Part shown: positions 22,853 to 34,425 of the stretch, in pieces
How positions within the stretch are numbered: position 1 is the stretch's first letter
Layout: each line of letters opens with the position of its first letter
Origin: Macrostomum lignano
Taxonomy: Eukaryota
Assembly: GCA_002269645.1 (NCBI GenBank)
Contig: NIVC01000620.1
Span: 1 to 64,000, forward strand
DNA: 64,000 bases
Reading direction: 5' to 3'
Position numbers and translations under genes: made by a program
The notes under the pieces: model-generated
Seen by the model: only the letters and a program-made list of their open reading frames with translations
Told to the model about the DNA's origin: nothing
The model's database searches: none

Positions 22853-23873
22853 TTCCGTCGATGCTGCAGCAAGGAGTCGAGGGTACCAGACATCTGGAGC
22901 GTTGGCCCCACAAGTCCCGCGGCTGGTGGCGAGGTTCCCATGGCTCCAGGGCGTCGTTATCGCGCGATCCCCGAGAGTAGAACTCTCGCATCTCGTTACT
23001 CAAAGTTTCAAGTAGGCGTCGCTGCTCTTGCAATGTCTCGGCTTGTTGTACCATGACTTCCCGCAACCAGTTTTCCTCAGGCCGAGATGACTTGGCGTCA
23101 TGTTGCACCGCAGTGGGCGTCTGACTGTCGTCATCTTCCAGGACCCGGACATGCCTCGCTGCTGGCGGCGGTGCTACACGCTGAGCCAGACTAGCTGCTG
23201 TCTCCAGGTGTAGCATGGCCCTCCTCGCTGCGGTCAGATTCGGCAGTCGCACCAGGATGAGCTGTTCTCGGGCCGACTGAGCAATCCGCACTCCCACAGT
23301 GAATTGATCCACCAGTTCAGCCTGCTTCTGAACCGGGGTAAAATGTGGGAATGCTCGATCAGCCAGAGCAATTAGTCGGTCGCTGTAGTCGTCAACATTC
23401 TTGTTCTTGCCCTGCTGGCAGCTTCGGAACTGCTCCCAGTACTCCAGTGTGTCGGCAACATGTGTAAAGCATTCAGATAATCGCTGTTTGAACTCACCAA
23501 ACGTCAGATTATCTGGCAGCTCCATTCTGACAACTGCGGGGTAGGTGGTGGCGATGTCCAAATTCACAAGGACCTCCGCCTTCTTTCGTCTGTTGTCAAC
23601 GATTCCGTTGAGCTCGCATCGCTCTTCGAGAGCCTTGATCCAGACGTCGAATTCCCGGTTGGGCGTGTACTGCTGAATCTTGACCGGTTTTGGCGCTGGA
23701 GCTCGATCCTGCTGCTGGGGCTGCTGGTACACATGATGATGGTGTTGCGGCTGGCCCAGGCTGGTCTGCTCCAGTCCAATCATCTTGTCGTAGGTCGGTC
23801 TTGTATTTGAGTTGTCGGGGCCCGCGGCGTCGTTTGTCGCATCCGCGGCCGTTGAATTAGTAGTTGAAGCCAT
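22467..23873 (-). CDS. gag: gag (retrotransposon Gag with C-terminal zinc knuckle)
   Basis: 468-aa ORF starting just inside the PBS; FDVWIKALEERCELNG..FGEFKQRL..QQGKNKNVDDYSDRL capsid-like region; CYRCNCEHRADEC knuckle. Confidence 0.9.
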   Translation of the reverse strand: MASTTNSTAADATNDAAGPDNSNTRPTYDKMIGLEQTSLGQPQHHHHVYQQPQQQDRAPAPKPVKIQQYTPNREFDVWIKALEERCELNGIVDNRRKKAEVLVNLDIATTYPAVVRMELPDNLTFGEFKQRLSECFTHVADTLEYWEQFRSCQQGKNKNVDDYSDRLIALADRAFPHFTPVQKQAELVDQFTVGVRIAQSAREQLILVRLPNLTAARRAMLHLETAASLAQRVAPPPAARHVRVLEDDDSQTPTAVQHDAKSSRPEENWLREVMVQQAETLQEQRRLLETLSNEMREFYSRGSRDNDALEPWEPRHQPRDLWGQRSRCLVPSTPCCSIDGSAQFTTPGTRMVPQQPFHQLQQPQDGSNLPPRTPPAGGQRQQQQQLQQWSSSRPPPYQLRQQNAMCYRCNCEHRADECLHRRSASTASQRNSSSGNGTAGCAIGAAPSSSRASTEVPAADFSHSAGHC

Positions 23874-23919
23874 AACGTAGATTCTGAACGACTCGTCGAA
23901 TGGGTTTTGGCATCTCGTA

Positions 23920-23939
23920 ATCCCACTTAGCTGACACCA
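23920..23939 (-). promoter_or_regulatory. primer-binding site, tRNA-Leu(CAA)-like with 2-nt bulge
   Basis: Minus strand TGGTGTCAG-CT-AAGTGGGAT, 1 nt after the 5' LTR. The metazoan tRNA-Leu(CAA) 3'-end complement is TGGTGTCAGAAGTGGGAT. Confidence 0.8.
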
Positions 23940-23940
23940 A

Positions 23941-24828
23941 TGAGGTGGGGGTGGTGAAGAAAATAAACAAGATTTGAAATTGTAAGATTAGGGAGAATAA
24001 AAAATTTGGGTTTGTCGTTGGCATGTAAAGCCGGAAAATTGCACAAATTGCTGCGCTGATTCTTCTCCTAGGTTACTCCGTCTGCCGGGTCCTCAATTCC
24101 GGGGGAGGGTAGTCGTAATCGTAGTCGAGTGGTCCTGTAGCGGCCCGGGTCATTCAAATTAGGTCCTCAGACACCAAAAAATTATAGTTTGTCAAAATTG
24201 CTAGTTGTGTTACTCTCAGTAGTAAAGTAGCGCTGCCACCACCATAAATGTCGTTTTACGGAATGTTTAGGGTCTCAGAGCTTTCTTTGAGATGAGACTG
24301 ATTGGTTATTTTATGCCCCGCGGGCAAATGACTCAATAGAAAACTAAAGGCTTCGATTCTGAACAACTGAATAAATATTAAATGTTGCAAACTTATTATT
24401 ATTTCGTTAATTATTATTACGGTTAGTTATTATCGCTACGCGAGATGAACAAGCAGAGACAAGAGCAGAAACTAACTAAACTAAAACCCAAACAAACACA
24501 CACACTTTAAAAAAATGACTCCAGAGATAACTCATATATAACATATTGGCGTGAAGGATCCCAGGGGTGGGACAGAGGATGGGACAAGGGAAGGGACAAC
24601 GAAGGGAAAAAGAGGAAAACCCGGCTGCTGGAAACATTAAAACAACAGGGGCCAAGGGAGGGAACAGAAAAGGGAACAGACGAGGGAGCAAGGGCGGGAA
24701 CAAATGGGGGAACAAACCAGGGAACAAAAGTTGAAAAAAAAATGATGTCAATCTGTCCGGCCGTCCTCATGTCGTTGCCCGCGGGAGATCTGCCGTCGTT
24801 CACCCCAGTGGTAGACCGGCCTACCACA
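23941..24828 (-). repeat. 5' LTR of the Ty3/gypsy element
   Basis: Matches 15202..16090; followed on the minus strand by the PBS. Confidence 0.95.
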
Positions 24829-24832
24829 CTAG

Positions 24833-27800
24833 CATTAAGTTTGCATAAAAAAACTAGAAAATTACACAGACAAATCATAACTAGATTTTCTCCTGTTTTA
24901 CATTGGCTGCCAAGTCCTCAAGTCCCAGGGGGAAGGTAGTTGTAATTGTAGTCAAGCAGTCATTTAATAGGCATGGTAATTCAAATGGTAGACACTAGAG
25001 TTTTAACATCATAATTTAATGTACATTGATTTGCTTAGCTAATTATTATCAATAGAAAAGAGTTGCCACCACTGTAATTTTCATATTATAGAACTAATTA
25101 GTCTTAGAACTTTCTTTGAGATAAGAACTGTTTGGTTGTTTTATGCCCCATGGGCAAATAACTCGAGATAAAGCTATGGGCTTTGAGTAATTAATGAAAT
25201 AAATGTTGGCATAATATTCTTATTAGTGGCTATTTAGCAAGTTTAAGAAATAAGCTTCTTGCAATAGAGATGTTCTAACAGAGCCATGGTGTGGGCTAAA
25301 ATATGAATGCATATTAAAGAGCAAGATATTCAAGTAGGGATCTTTGAGTCAAAGCAAAATATAAGTAACTAATTGATCAAACCAAAAGATGAAAAGGTGA
25401 AACAAACAAGAGAGGAAAAGGGAAAGATAGAGAATAATTCAATAGCATGTAAAGTAAGCAATATTTATAGGATAAAAACAAGCACCAACAGTTGGGTCAG
25501 GCAAGGGACAAAATAGACTGAGAAAGGACAACAAGGCATAGATACCAAAATAACATATAGGATTGAATGGAGAAAACAAAAAGATCTACTACAAAGAAGT
25601 GGAAAGACTAGGGATTGAGAAGACAAATGCTATGCCATGAATAAGACAAGAAAAATGACAAAATTGCCCGGGAGCAGGAAAATTAGCTCCAGGGCTAGAT
25701 ACCAGATGCATTTTCAAAGAAGATAAAAAATTAAACTATTAAATCAGTCTCTTAATAATCAATGGCAACCAACTAACACATGCATTGGGTGGCTATAAGC
25801 TTGTTAACAAATATTAGCAGTCTGCTGCTCAGTTGTGTCCACCTTGGCTAGTGGGCATTTGACCACCTCAGACCACAGGCCATGTGTTCCAGGCTGGTTT
25901 GCTCTGGGCCTCACCTCATGTTGTCCAAGGTTGGGCAGTGGCAGCAAGCAAACTTACTGGCTATCTGAGTATATAGACCTGGCCAGCTATATCGAAATGC
26001 AAATGCTCAGGGCACTTCTCCACTGCAGAATCCCAGAATCGGCAAAGCCTAGGGTCCCAGCCTCCCTAGAGATAGCCGGCCTCCAAATAGGCTAAGGCCA
26101 TGAGTAAAGCCAAAGCTGGATGTAGTCAGCCCAGTCTGTGCCATAGATATTCCTTGGCAAACGTGAGTTGTTCTACAAGGAGATCCTTGGTTAATTCTAA
26201 TAGCATGAACCCACAGAGCATTCGCCAGCTGGGATAAGTTGCATGCGTCCCTTTCTAGTGGCCTGATATACTGCCTAGTCATGAAGGTGTGCAAAGTGGC
26301 CGCCTTATCTAGACAAAGCCAAGGTGTCCTAGACTAGATAGCCACCAATTTGGGCATTGACTTAGCTAGACTCAAGGTTGGGTAGGCGTCAATAAGGCAT
26401 TGTAATTGCAGTGCACCAGGGGATTATTGGCAAAGTCTTGCTAGTCATGGGGAGCCAAATGCAGCAATTGGGCAGCTCCATTCCACATTGGGTTGTCAGA
26501 AATTTTGCAGAAACTCACAAGGGTATACAATAACAAGATTGAATGAAAACAAAGAGGAGTTGACAGTCTATGTAGGGAAATTAAACTTGAAATTAGCCAG
26601 ATTTAGATAATAGTGTGGCACAGAATAATTTATAATAATAAGCAATCAAAGTTAAAAAACAGCCTTTAATACTAAGGTGGTGTCTTGCAGATAGACAAAG
26701 GAAGGTCCCATACTAGGAATAAGGCCTTCATCTTATATGAACTAGTGTTTAGGGGGAGGCTGAATGTGTAAACATTAAGTTGAGGAAAAATATTATAATA
26801 GTAAAAGGCAATTGTAGGCACCTTACTAATGATATTTTAATAATAGTAGGTTATTAACTGATATGTCATGCATGAGGAAGGGGCTCTATAAGGAGTTACA
26901 TTAAACAGGGGCTAGCAAAAGGCACTAGGAAAAAAGCCAAACTGGTGGCCCTCAGAGTTCCTAAGCTTGTGCAAAATTGGGACAAGGAACAGGGTTTGAG
27001 TTATCTCAGATGCCCTTTTCTGAGGACATGGCCTAGAAACAGGGCCTTATTATGTGAGCAGGGCAAAAGTTTATATGGTCCTTCAAACAGTAGTCTCGCA
27101 AAATTGAAAAGATACCTTCAGTTTTAATCAAACTGCAAGGTTTATAGAAATTGTTGCTTTTCTCCCAAAAGCATAAGGTTAGGGTGAAAAGAAAGGATAC
27201 TTTCCACACTTTGATTGCATGCAAAGAAAGCTCAGAATGAAATAGGGATATGCAAAAATCCTATAAAATGCAATTAAGCAATGGTAATATATCAAATTGG
27301 TTAAATATTGACGCATTGGTACGGGCTTCTAATATAAAGCCTAAGGCTAAATATTAGAGTGCAAGGTGCTAGTTTACTATAATGCATTGGATAAAAAGCA
27401 AATGCAAAATGTACATAAGCACTGAAATAGCTCAAAGGAAAATGCTGTTTTTAGCTAGAAAGCATAAAGAAATGGCATAAGCTTAATAAAAGCTGCTTTT
27501 GCCCTCAAACATAAGGCCAAGTTAAACAGAAAAATTGGTTGCTTTTGCCCTCAAGCATGGGACAATGACAAGAAAATTGGCTGCTTTTACCTTCAAGCAT
27601 AAGGTCAAATTAAACAGAAAATAAAAATTCAGCTTTCAGCATATATAAGTAGGCAGCGGCAAATTAAATTAAAATTTATTTGCAAACTTGACTACTGATA
27701 GTAATGTGTATCAACAGTTGTCAACAAGGTGCAACAATAATTGCTGGTAATAACCTTTAAATTTCAACCTCTATGCTAATCTCAAGCAGATCTAGGTTGC

Positions 27801-30800
27801 CTCTGGGTAGCACTTCTAAATGGCAGAGGCTTGGCTCAAACAGCTGGCTGCCTCATAGGTCAGGCTGATCTGCGGCTGGCTACTCTAGAATGGGCTGATT
27901 GGCTGATTGGCTTTGCTTTCAAGGCTCGACTTGTAGGGCAGCATAGGCTACTCAGTTTTGCATGGCAACTCCTACGGTGGGTCTGCCATCATCTGCGGCA
28001 CCTTGATGATATTGTTTCGATGGATAAACATCTCAGCTAGGCATCCTTGTTGGGCTGTTGCAGGCTTGATCCAGTAGGCTACTTTGCCAACCTTTTTAGT
28101 GACCTTGTACATGCTCTTGTATGGCTAGTAGAACTTGGGCAGCTTTCCCAACTCAAGCTCCAAGTTGGCTAGGCAGACTAGGTCTCCAGGCTGCAGTTCC
28201 ATGGGCTTTGGTCAGTTTTTGTAATACTCTTCTCGGTGTTAGATCTTAGCTTGCAGTCGTTGTCATACAATTCACTTTGTCTTGGCCAGTCTGTGCAGAT
28301 GCTTGGTGATGTACTCTAGGAGATCAGCCAATATGTCCAGGCAGTCTAGGGTGTTATTGATTGTGGTACCAATAAGACACTCAATAGACTGGTTGCCAGT
28401 AGTATGGTTGATGGCTGACCTTAGTATGGTCAAAGCAGCTAGTAGCATCTTGTCTCATTGTTGATGATCTTTGAGGAGACAAGTAAGCACTTTCTTAATG
28501 TTCTTATTGCACAATTTAGCTTTCCATTGGCCCAGGGCAAGTATGGTGCATTGTTGTCTACTGGATACCATAGACCTCACAGAAATGTCAGAACTTATGT
28601 CCTGTGAACTGTTTGCCTTGATCTGAATGGATCCACATGGGGATTCTATTGATCAGGAAGCCTTGTTCTTGCAGGAAAGTGATGATTGTCTTGGTGCACT
28701 GATATTTCATAGTGAAGGCAAATAGATACTTTGACATGGTATTGATATAGGTCAAGATGTACTTGTTGCCCCAGTCCATTGGGTCTCTAATGGGCATGCT
28801 TGGGCACAACCTAGGGATTCACCCAGCTGTTTCTATTGGCAACACACACACATAAGTCGCTATTGGACAGAATAGTAGTCACGTTACAGCTCTCAGCCAA
28901 TAGCGACTTACATGTGTGTGTTGCCAATAGAAACGGCCGAGTGATTCCCAAGGTTGCGCATGTATGCTAATGGGGCTTAGGATGTTGATTGCACATTGCC
29001 CATAGATCTCACAGACTAGAAACAATTGTACATGCGCTGGAATTTGTTGCCATCCTTTGCTTTGAGTGCAGGTCTGGTAAGAAGCAACATAGTCAGACAC
29101 TACTTTTGCCAGGGCACATTGCCAGAACCTTTCACACACTTTAGCAACAGTGAGGTCTTGGCCCATGTGTCCACAATAGAGTAAACCATGTAGGTTGGCA
29201 AACAGTAACATTAAGGCTCTTTGGCAGGATGATTCATGCTGTCTCTTCCTTGCCAACATAGCAGTCCTGTCTCAGACTTCGAGTTGCTTATAAAATTCTA
29301 GTAGATTTTGTTTGTCTCTTGTCAAATTTAATCACTGATTTAGCAGCAGCTTTGGTTGTCAATTTTCGATTAGGTTGATCACCATAGTGATGGCAAAGTT
29401 AGCATGCTGATAGGTCTGGAGCTCCTTGTGAGTGACTGGCCTTGGGATATAATCAGTTAAATTTAAAGTTTGGCGTCTGTTAGTAGAATTTTAATTGGTG
29501 CAGCTTTGGCTATAGCAGCATGGTTAGGGGTCTAGAGCTCCCTCTGCATGATCACTACTTGGACCAATTGACATGTTGTTGAGGTGCCCGAAGGTCGATC
29601 TTTGTTGGTAGCTTCGGTGTGACTATCTTTGGATTTGGATTTGTTAGCAGATAATGAGGTACAAGAACTGAACCTCACTCTCTTCTCAAACTTAGGGCAG
29701 CAAGTGGGTTGGCATTAGTTATCTCGGGCTATACTGTGGTCGCTGTCCTCGTCACCTTCAGCTAGTAGTTGGTGGCTCCTAGACAGGCAACGTGTCATGC
29801 TACTAAAGCTGGTAGGTGATTATTGCGAGTCCTAGTAATGGCTAGCTGATGGCCTCAGCTTTGTTGCCGGTGGGTGCAGCTCTGTCAGTGGCTTGCTATT
29901 GGCTGGCAATGTTGCTGGCAGCATAGCCTTGGTTGTGCTGTTGGACTTTTTTGGCTTCGTTGGCAGCCTTTATTGCTTGCAGCAAGTTAATGGCTTCTTG
30001 CACAATGGAGGGCTAAAGTGGCTGATATCGACGACCTTCGGTATCGCTGTGCTAGATTTTGTGGCTGGCTGCTTACTTTGGTTCTTGTCTGCTTTCTGCA
30101 CTGAGCCTCCTCCATGTTTTTGGTGTCGTCCTTGGGGCCATCTTTAGAGACTGTTAGCATTCTGATGCTGACTTGATTTGCGATGCTGGATCTCAAACTC
30201 AAATTTGCTTAGGCACTGTAGCCATCATCCAAAGATGCCTACTTGCTGAGTTTGCCTCAGGATCCAGGTCTGCCAGATCAGTTTGGCAGATGAATTTCTT
30301 GGCTAGCAGGTAGAAGCAAAAGTGTCACATTCTATCTACGACTACTAAGAGTTCTTGTTTCGTGATTGGATATTGGGCTTTGGGCAGTTTGAGTTGCTGG
30401 GAGAAATAGCCAATAGGGTACTAGATCCCATCAGCTTGGTGTTGGCTTGCTGTCCATGTTGACCTCCAGCTGGCGGCATTCTTGGCGGCAGGTTGCAGCT
30501 GTCTTGTAGTTGCTAAAGTCTAGAGAACTGGTTGTGTTGCACAATTTGTGTGCCAGGTATTGCTAATTGGGTGCCTTTGTTGGCACTGTGGCAAGGAGTC
30601 GAGGGTGCCAATCATTGGTTGCGCTAGGCCCACAAGTCTCGCGGCTGTTGGTGAGCTAGTTCCCAATGCTCCTGGGTGTCATTATTGCACAATCCCATCA
30701 AATAGAACTCTTACAGCTCATTGCTCAAAGCTTCCAGAAGTCATTGTTGCTCTTGCAGGGTCTCAGCTTGCTGTTCTATCACTTCACGCAACCAGTTCTC

Positions 30801-31060
30801 TTCAGGCTGAGATGACTTGCTATTGTGTTGCATCCAGTGGGTGTCTGACTGTTGTCATCATTGAGAACCTGGATATGTCTTGCTGATAGCAGTGCTACTT
30901 GCTGAGCCAGGCTAGCTGCTGTCTCAAGGCATAGCATGGCCCTTCTCACTATGGTCAGATTCAGCTGTCGCACTAGGATGAGCTGTTCTCTTGCCAACTA
31001 AGAAATTCGCACTCTCACAGTGAACTGATCCACTAGCTCAGCCTCATGCTTATTATTATA
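24833..31060 (-). mobile_element. older, degenerate relative of the Ty3/gypsy element (LTR remnant, ORF3, IN, RH, part of gag; PR-RT deleted)
   Basis: Colinear similarity to 15300..23330. Near 30450 it jumps from RNase H (young ~20540) to the gag end (young ~22735). Many stops. Its LTR probably begins left of the young element near 15108. Confidence 0.9.
28795..28966. mobile_element. 172-bp fold-back MITE, hAT-type TSD
   Basis: Perfect 8-bp TSD CTAATGGG (28787-28794, 28967-28974); long inverted arms (tttctattggcaacacacac..taagtcgctattgg and its reverse complement). Confidence 0.9.
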
Positions 31061-31386
31061 GGTCTGATAACTATGAAAATTAAAGGGAATAAAAGATAAT
31101 ATATAAGAAAAAAAGAATAGAAACAAAAAATAGATCAAAAGAAAAAATAAAAGAAAAGGAGCCTGGTAGATAGGATTTAGTAAAAAGAGGAAGAAAATGG
31201 AGGGAGGGGAGAGGGACAAAGAAAAATGAGAGAGAAGATGGGAGAAAATAAAGAAGCAGGTAAAAAGCAAGGAAAAGACAGAAGATAGAATATGTTTATA
31301 TATTATTAAAATGATTATTTTCTATGACTGTTTGACAATTGGCTTTCATTTGACAAAATAGCACTATTTGAATTTGAATTCAATTA

Positions 31387-32070
31387 TCTCTACCTATAAA
31401 AATCAAAACTCTGTGTGTGTGTGTGTGGACAATTTTAATCGCTATGGACTCCCAAACCACTCAACCAAATGACACCAAACTTTACACCCACCCTTAACTT
31501 ACTACGGAGAATGTCTTAGGCTACCTTTTAATTTCCTAGACTCAAGTCTTCCTACCTAAAAGTACAAAAAACTGCTCAAAATGCGCGATTTTTTCACTTA
31601 ATCCGCCATAGCGCCGCTCCACTTCTACCGATTCTCTTCAAATTTTACACAGGCAATTTTCAACTATTTTGACACAATCGTGTAAAATTTCAAATCTCAA
31701 AGTTAATCCTGAGCGGTGCTGTGCACTTTTAAAGTTAGTCTGCTTTTTTCAGCGAGACAGCCACCCCAACCTCCGCCCGCCTGCCTTTCTTTCCCTTATC
31801 TTGCGAGATGTGGAAAATGGGTTCGAAAATTGACTATTTTTCGGCTGCCATAAGTTTGCTCCACGTAAAGCGATTGACATCAAACTTGACACAATTCTTC
31901 ATTGACTCATTCTCTGTCTAAATGTTAAGTCTCAACTCTGTAACTCAATCAGAACAGAAACTGTAAGCATGTGAAGTTTGTCTGCTTTTTCTGTTGTTTG
32001 TGCCACTCACTCACTCCACTCATTCCCCCAGAGCCAGACGAAGGGTCAGGCGATAGGACTGAATGTACAT
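31387..32070 (+). mobile_element. probable non-autonomous Helitron-like repeat
   Basis: Begins TCTCTACCTATAAAAATC then a (TG)n microsatellite and ccaaactttacac. Shares agccaccccaacctccgcccgc and tgtacatagca..tgtacagtg with the 6880-12330 units. No 3' CTRR end confirmed. Confidence 0.4.
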
Positions 32071-32579
32071 AGCAAATGTACAGTGTTTTGGAATAACTTT
32101 ATTTATAGCCTTCTCTGCACCCCGAGAGTGGAGAGGCTACGAGCCATGACAGTTTAGTGAGAAATTCTAACCACTGCCCTCCCCTCTGTATTGGCAAACT
32201 CTGCAGCAGTTTAACACTGGATGGCAATTGGCAAATCGAGGGAATCCAGCATGGTTTGTAAAAGCGAAAGATTTATGAAAAGGCGATGCAATGCAATACA
32301 ACCCTACTAAATTAGGCACACCATTGAAATTTTAAGTTTCTCTTAAAAGTACTTTGAAATTTAAATGGCCTAAGAAATGCGTATTTCCTTGGTTGTTAGA
32401 CTGATGCAGACTGCAGTGGAGCTGAAGATACACAAATTCCTTTCAGGGCTGCAAATTGGCAAGAAAGATGACGTGATCAAAGCATGAGAACAACCATGAG
32501 AGTACTACGTCCCACAAACTGGCTTTCCAAGCAGGGATGGGCAGACTTTTACCTCAAAGGCCAGATAAAGAATCCAGCT

Positions 32580-33248
32580 CATAGCTGAGGGGCAGATGAA
32601 AGTGGAAAGAAGAAGGAATAGACGATTCGAAGAGACGATGAGAGAGAGGGGAGAAGAGGGGAGAGAGGAAAAGCGAGAGGAGAGAGTAGAGATGAGGGAG
32701 CAGAGAGCTGCAGATGAGGAGAGAGGAGACAGCAGAGAGGAGAGCAGAGAGGAAACAGCAAACAGGTGAAAGAAGAGATGAGAGAGTAAAGGGAAGAGAG
32801 AAGAGATAAAGATACATCTCTACATCTCTAAGGTTGTAGAGATGAGAGAGGTGGAAGGAGAGATGAGAAATGAGAGATGAGAGATAACGGAGAGAGGAGA
32901 GTGGAGTGAGAGAAGAGAGGGAGACAGAGTATAGAAAAGGGAAGAGAAGAGAAAAGAAGAAAGGAGAAAGGAAAGTGAGGAGTCAAAAGAGGGGAAAGAA
33001 AAGAGTACAGAGGAGAGAGGTGAGAGAACATATAAGACAGAGATGCCAGATTAAAGAGGGGGATGAGAGAGCAGAGACGAGAGTGAACAGATAAAAGATG
33101 GGAGAGTAGAGAGAACAGAGGAGAGGTTACAGAGACGAGAGGAGAGAGGAGAGACAAAGGTAGAGAAGTGAGTGAGGAGAGAGGAGAGGAAAGAGGAGAA
33201 TGGAGAGGGGAGAGAGTAGAGACAGAAGGAGAGATAAGAGAGAAAGAC

Positions 33249-33304
<56 letters not shown>

Positions 33305-33348
33305 CAGAGAGAAATGATAAGAGATAAAAGATAAAAGAAGAGAAGGAA
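32580..33348. repeat. purine-rich simple-sequence tract (left part)
   Basis: A/G-dominated + strand including a (GA)n run near 33255-33300; continues after the insertion at 37275. Confidence 0.95.
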
Positions 33349-34064
33349 CCCAGAGGGAAATTTTGGGTACGCCTAAGGGTACCCTGACGGCGGCGCCTTT
33401 AGTCGGGCGGAGTCCGCCAGGGCGACTGGCTGTCCAGGCGAAGCGGAGTACATCTGCAGTGCGCTTGGGCGCCGGTAGAGAAGTTTTTTTTCTACTACTA
33501 GTAGAATGTTAAGCGCATGCATCCTAGAAATTAAATCCAAATTTGCACGGGCAAATTTGCACCTACTGCACGCGGGCAGCACGGGCTTCTAGCTTCGTAG
33601 CAGCTCGTCTGCTTACTAGCTTAATAATGGCTTAATTCTATTATGATTTTCAACGAAGTCCTGAAGTTTTGGCTCGTATATTGTTCGATATACGATACGA
33701 GCGTATTGGCAAATATACTTAATTTTGTTTGTGCTTATAAACCGTTTAACAAAATTCAGCATGTCATGGTATTGTTGTTATACAATGCTTAGAGATTAAC
33801 ATATTTACTTGTCTTCCATTGAAGTACTCAGAAGAGAGAAGACAATAAAGATGAATATGAGCGTAAAAAAGCAAAGATACGGAAAATCTGTTTTCGTTTC
33901 TTCAAAAACAATCATCATTGCTCGAACTTGAGTCGCAATGCTCCATATTGGTGTCCGAAAGCTCGGAGTCGCTGGATTGCAGCCGAACCACTTTCATGCG
34001 TCGCTTAAATGCTCCAACGTCACTCCTGCGCTTACGAGCAACTCGACTTGAAGTGAGAGCTTGA

Positions 34065-34425
34065 CAGTCAAAGGCCGTGGCTGCAGTCGCAGTGACTTGC
34101 CGCTGCCGAGCACCAGAAGGCGTTGCAGCTGGGGCTTGGCATGGTGAGGCCGTGGCTGCAGTCGCAGTGACTTGCCGCTGCCGAGCACCAGAAGGCGTTG
34201 CAGCTGGGGCTTGGCATGGAGAGGCCGTGGCTGCAGTCGCAGTGACTTGCCGCTGCCGAGCACCAGAAGGCGTTGCAGCGGGGGCTTGCCATGGAGAGGC
34301 CGTGGCTGCAGTCGCAGTGACTTGCCGCTGCCGAGCACCAGAAGGCGTTGCAGCTGGGGCTTGCCATGGAGAGGCCGTGGCTGCAGTCGCAGTGACTTGC
34401 CGCTGCCGAGCACCAGGAGGCGTTG
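34065..34425. repeat. 60-bp tandem repeat (about 6 copies) inside ORF 33902..34516
   Basis: gccgtggctgcagtcgcagtgacttgccgctgccgagcaccagaaggcgttgcagctggggcttg unit; encodes ATPSGARQRQVTATAATASP(W/C)QAP on the minus strand. Confidence 0.95.

Larger units (their letters stand above)
15202..24828 (-). mobile_element. full-length Ty3/gypsy LTR retrotransposon (9627 bp), young but carrying stops/frameshifts
   Basis: Two ~889-bp TG..CA LTRs, 4-bp TSD CTAG (15198-15201, 24829-24832), PBS at 23920-23939, gag, and pol in PR-RT-RH-IN order. Confidence 0.97.

Noticed and set aside
19596-23015. Plus-strand ORFs antisense to gag-pol, the LINEs and the propeller-like genes
   Set aside because: Expected shadow ORFs of GC-rich coding sequence; no independent motifs.
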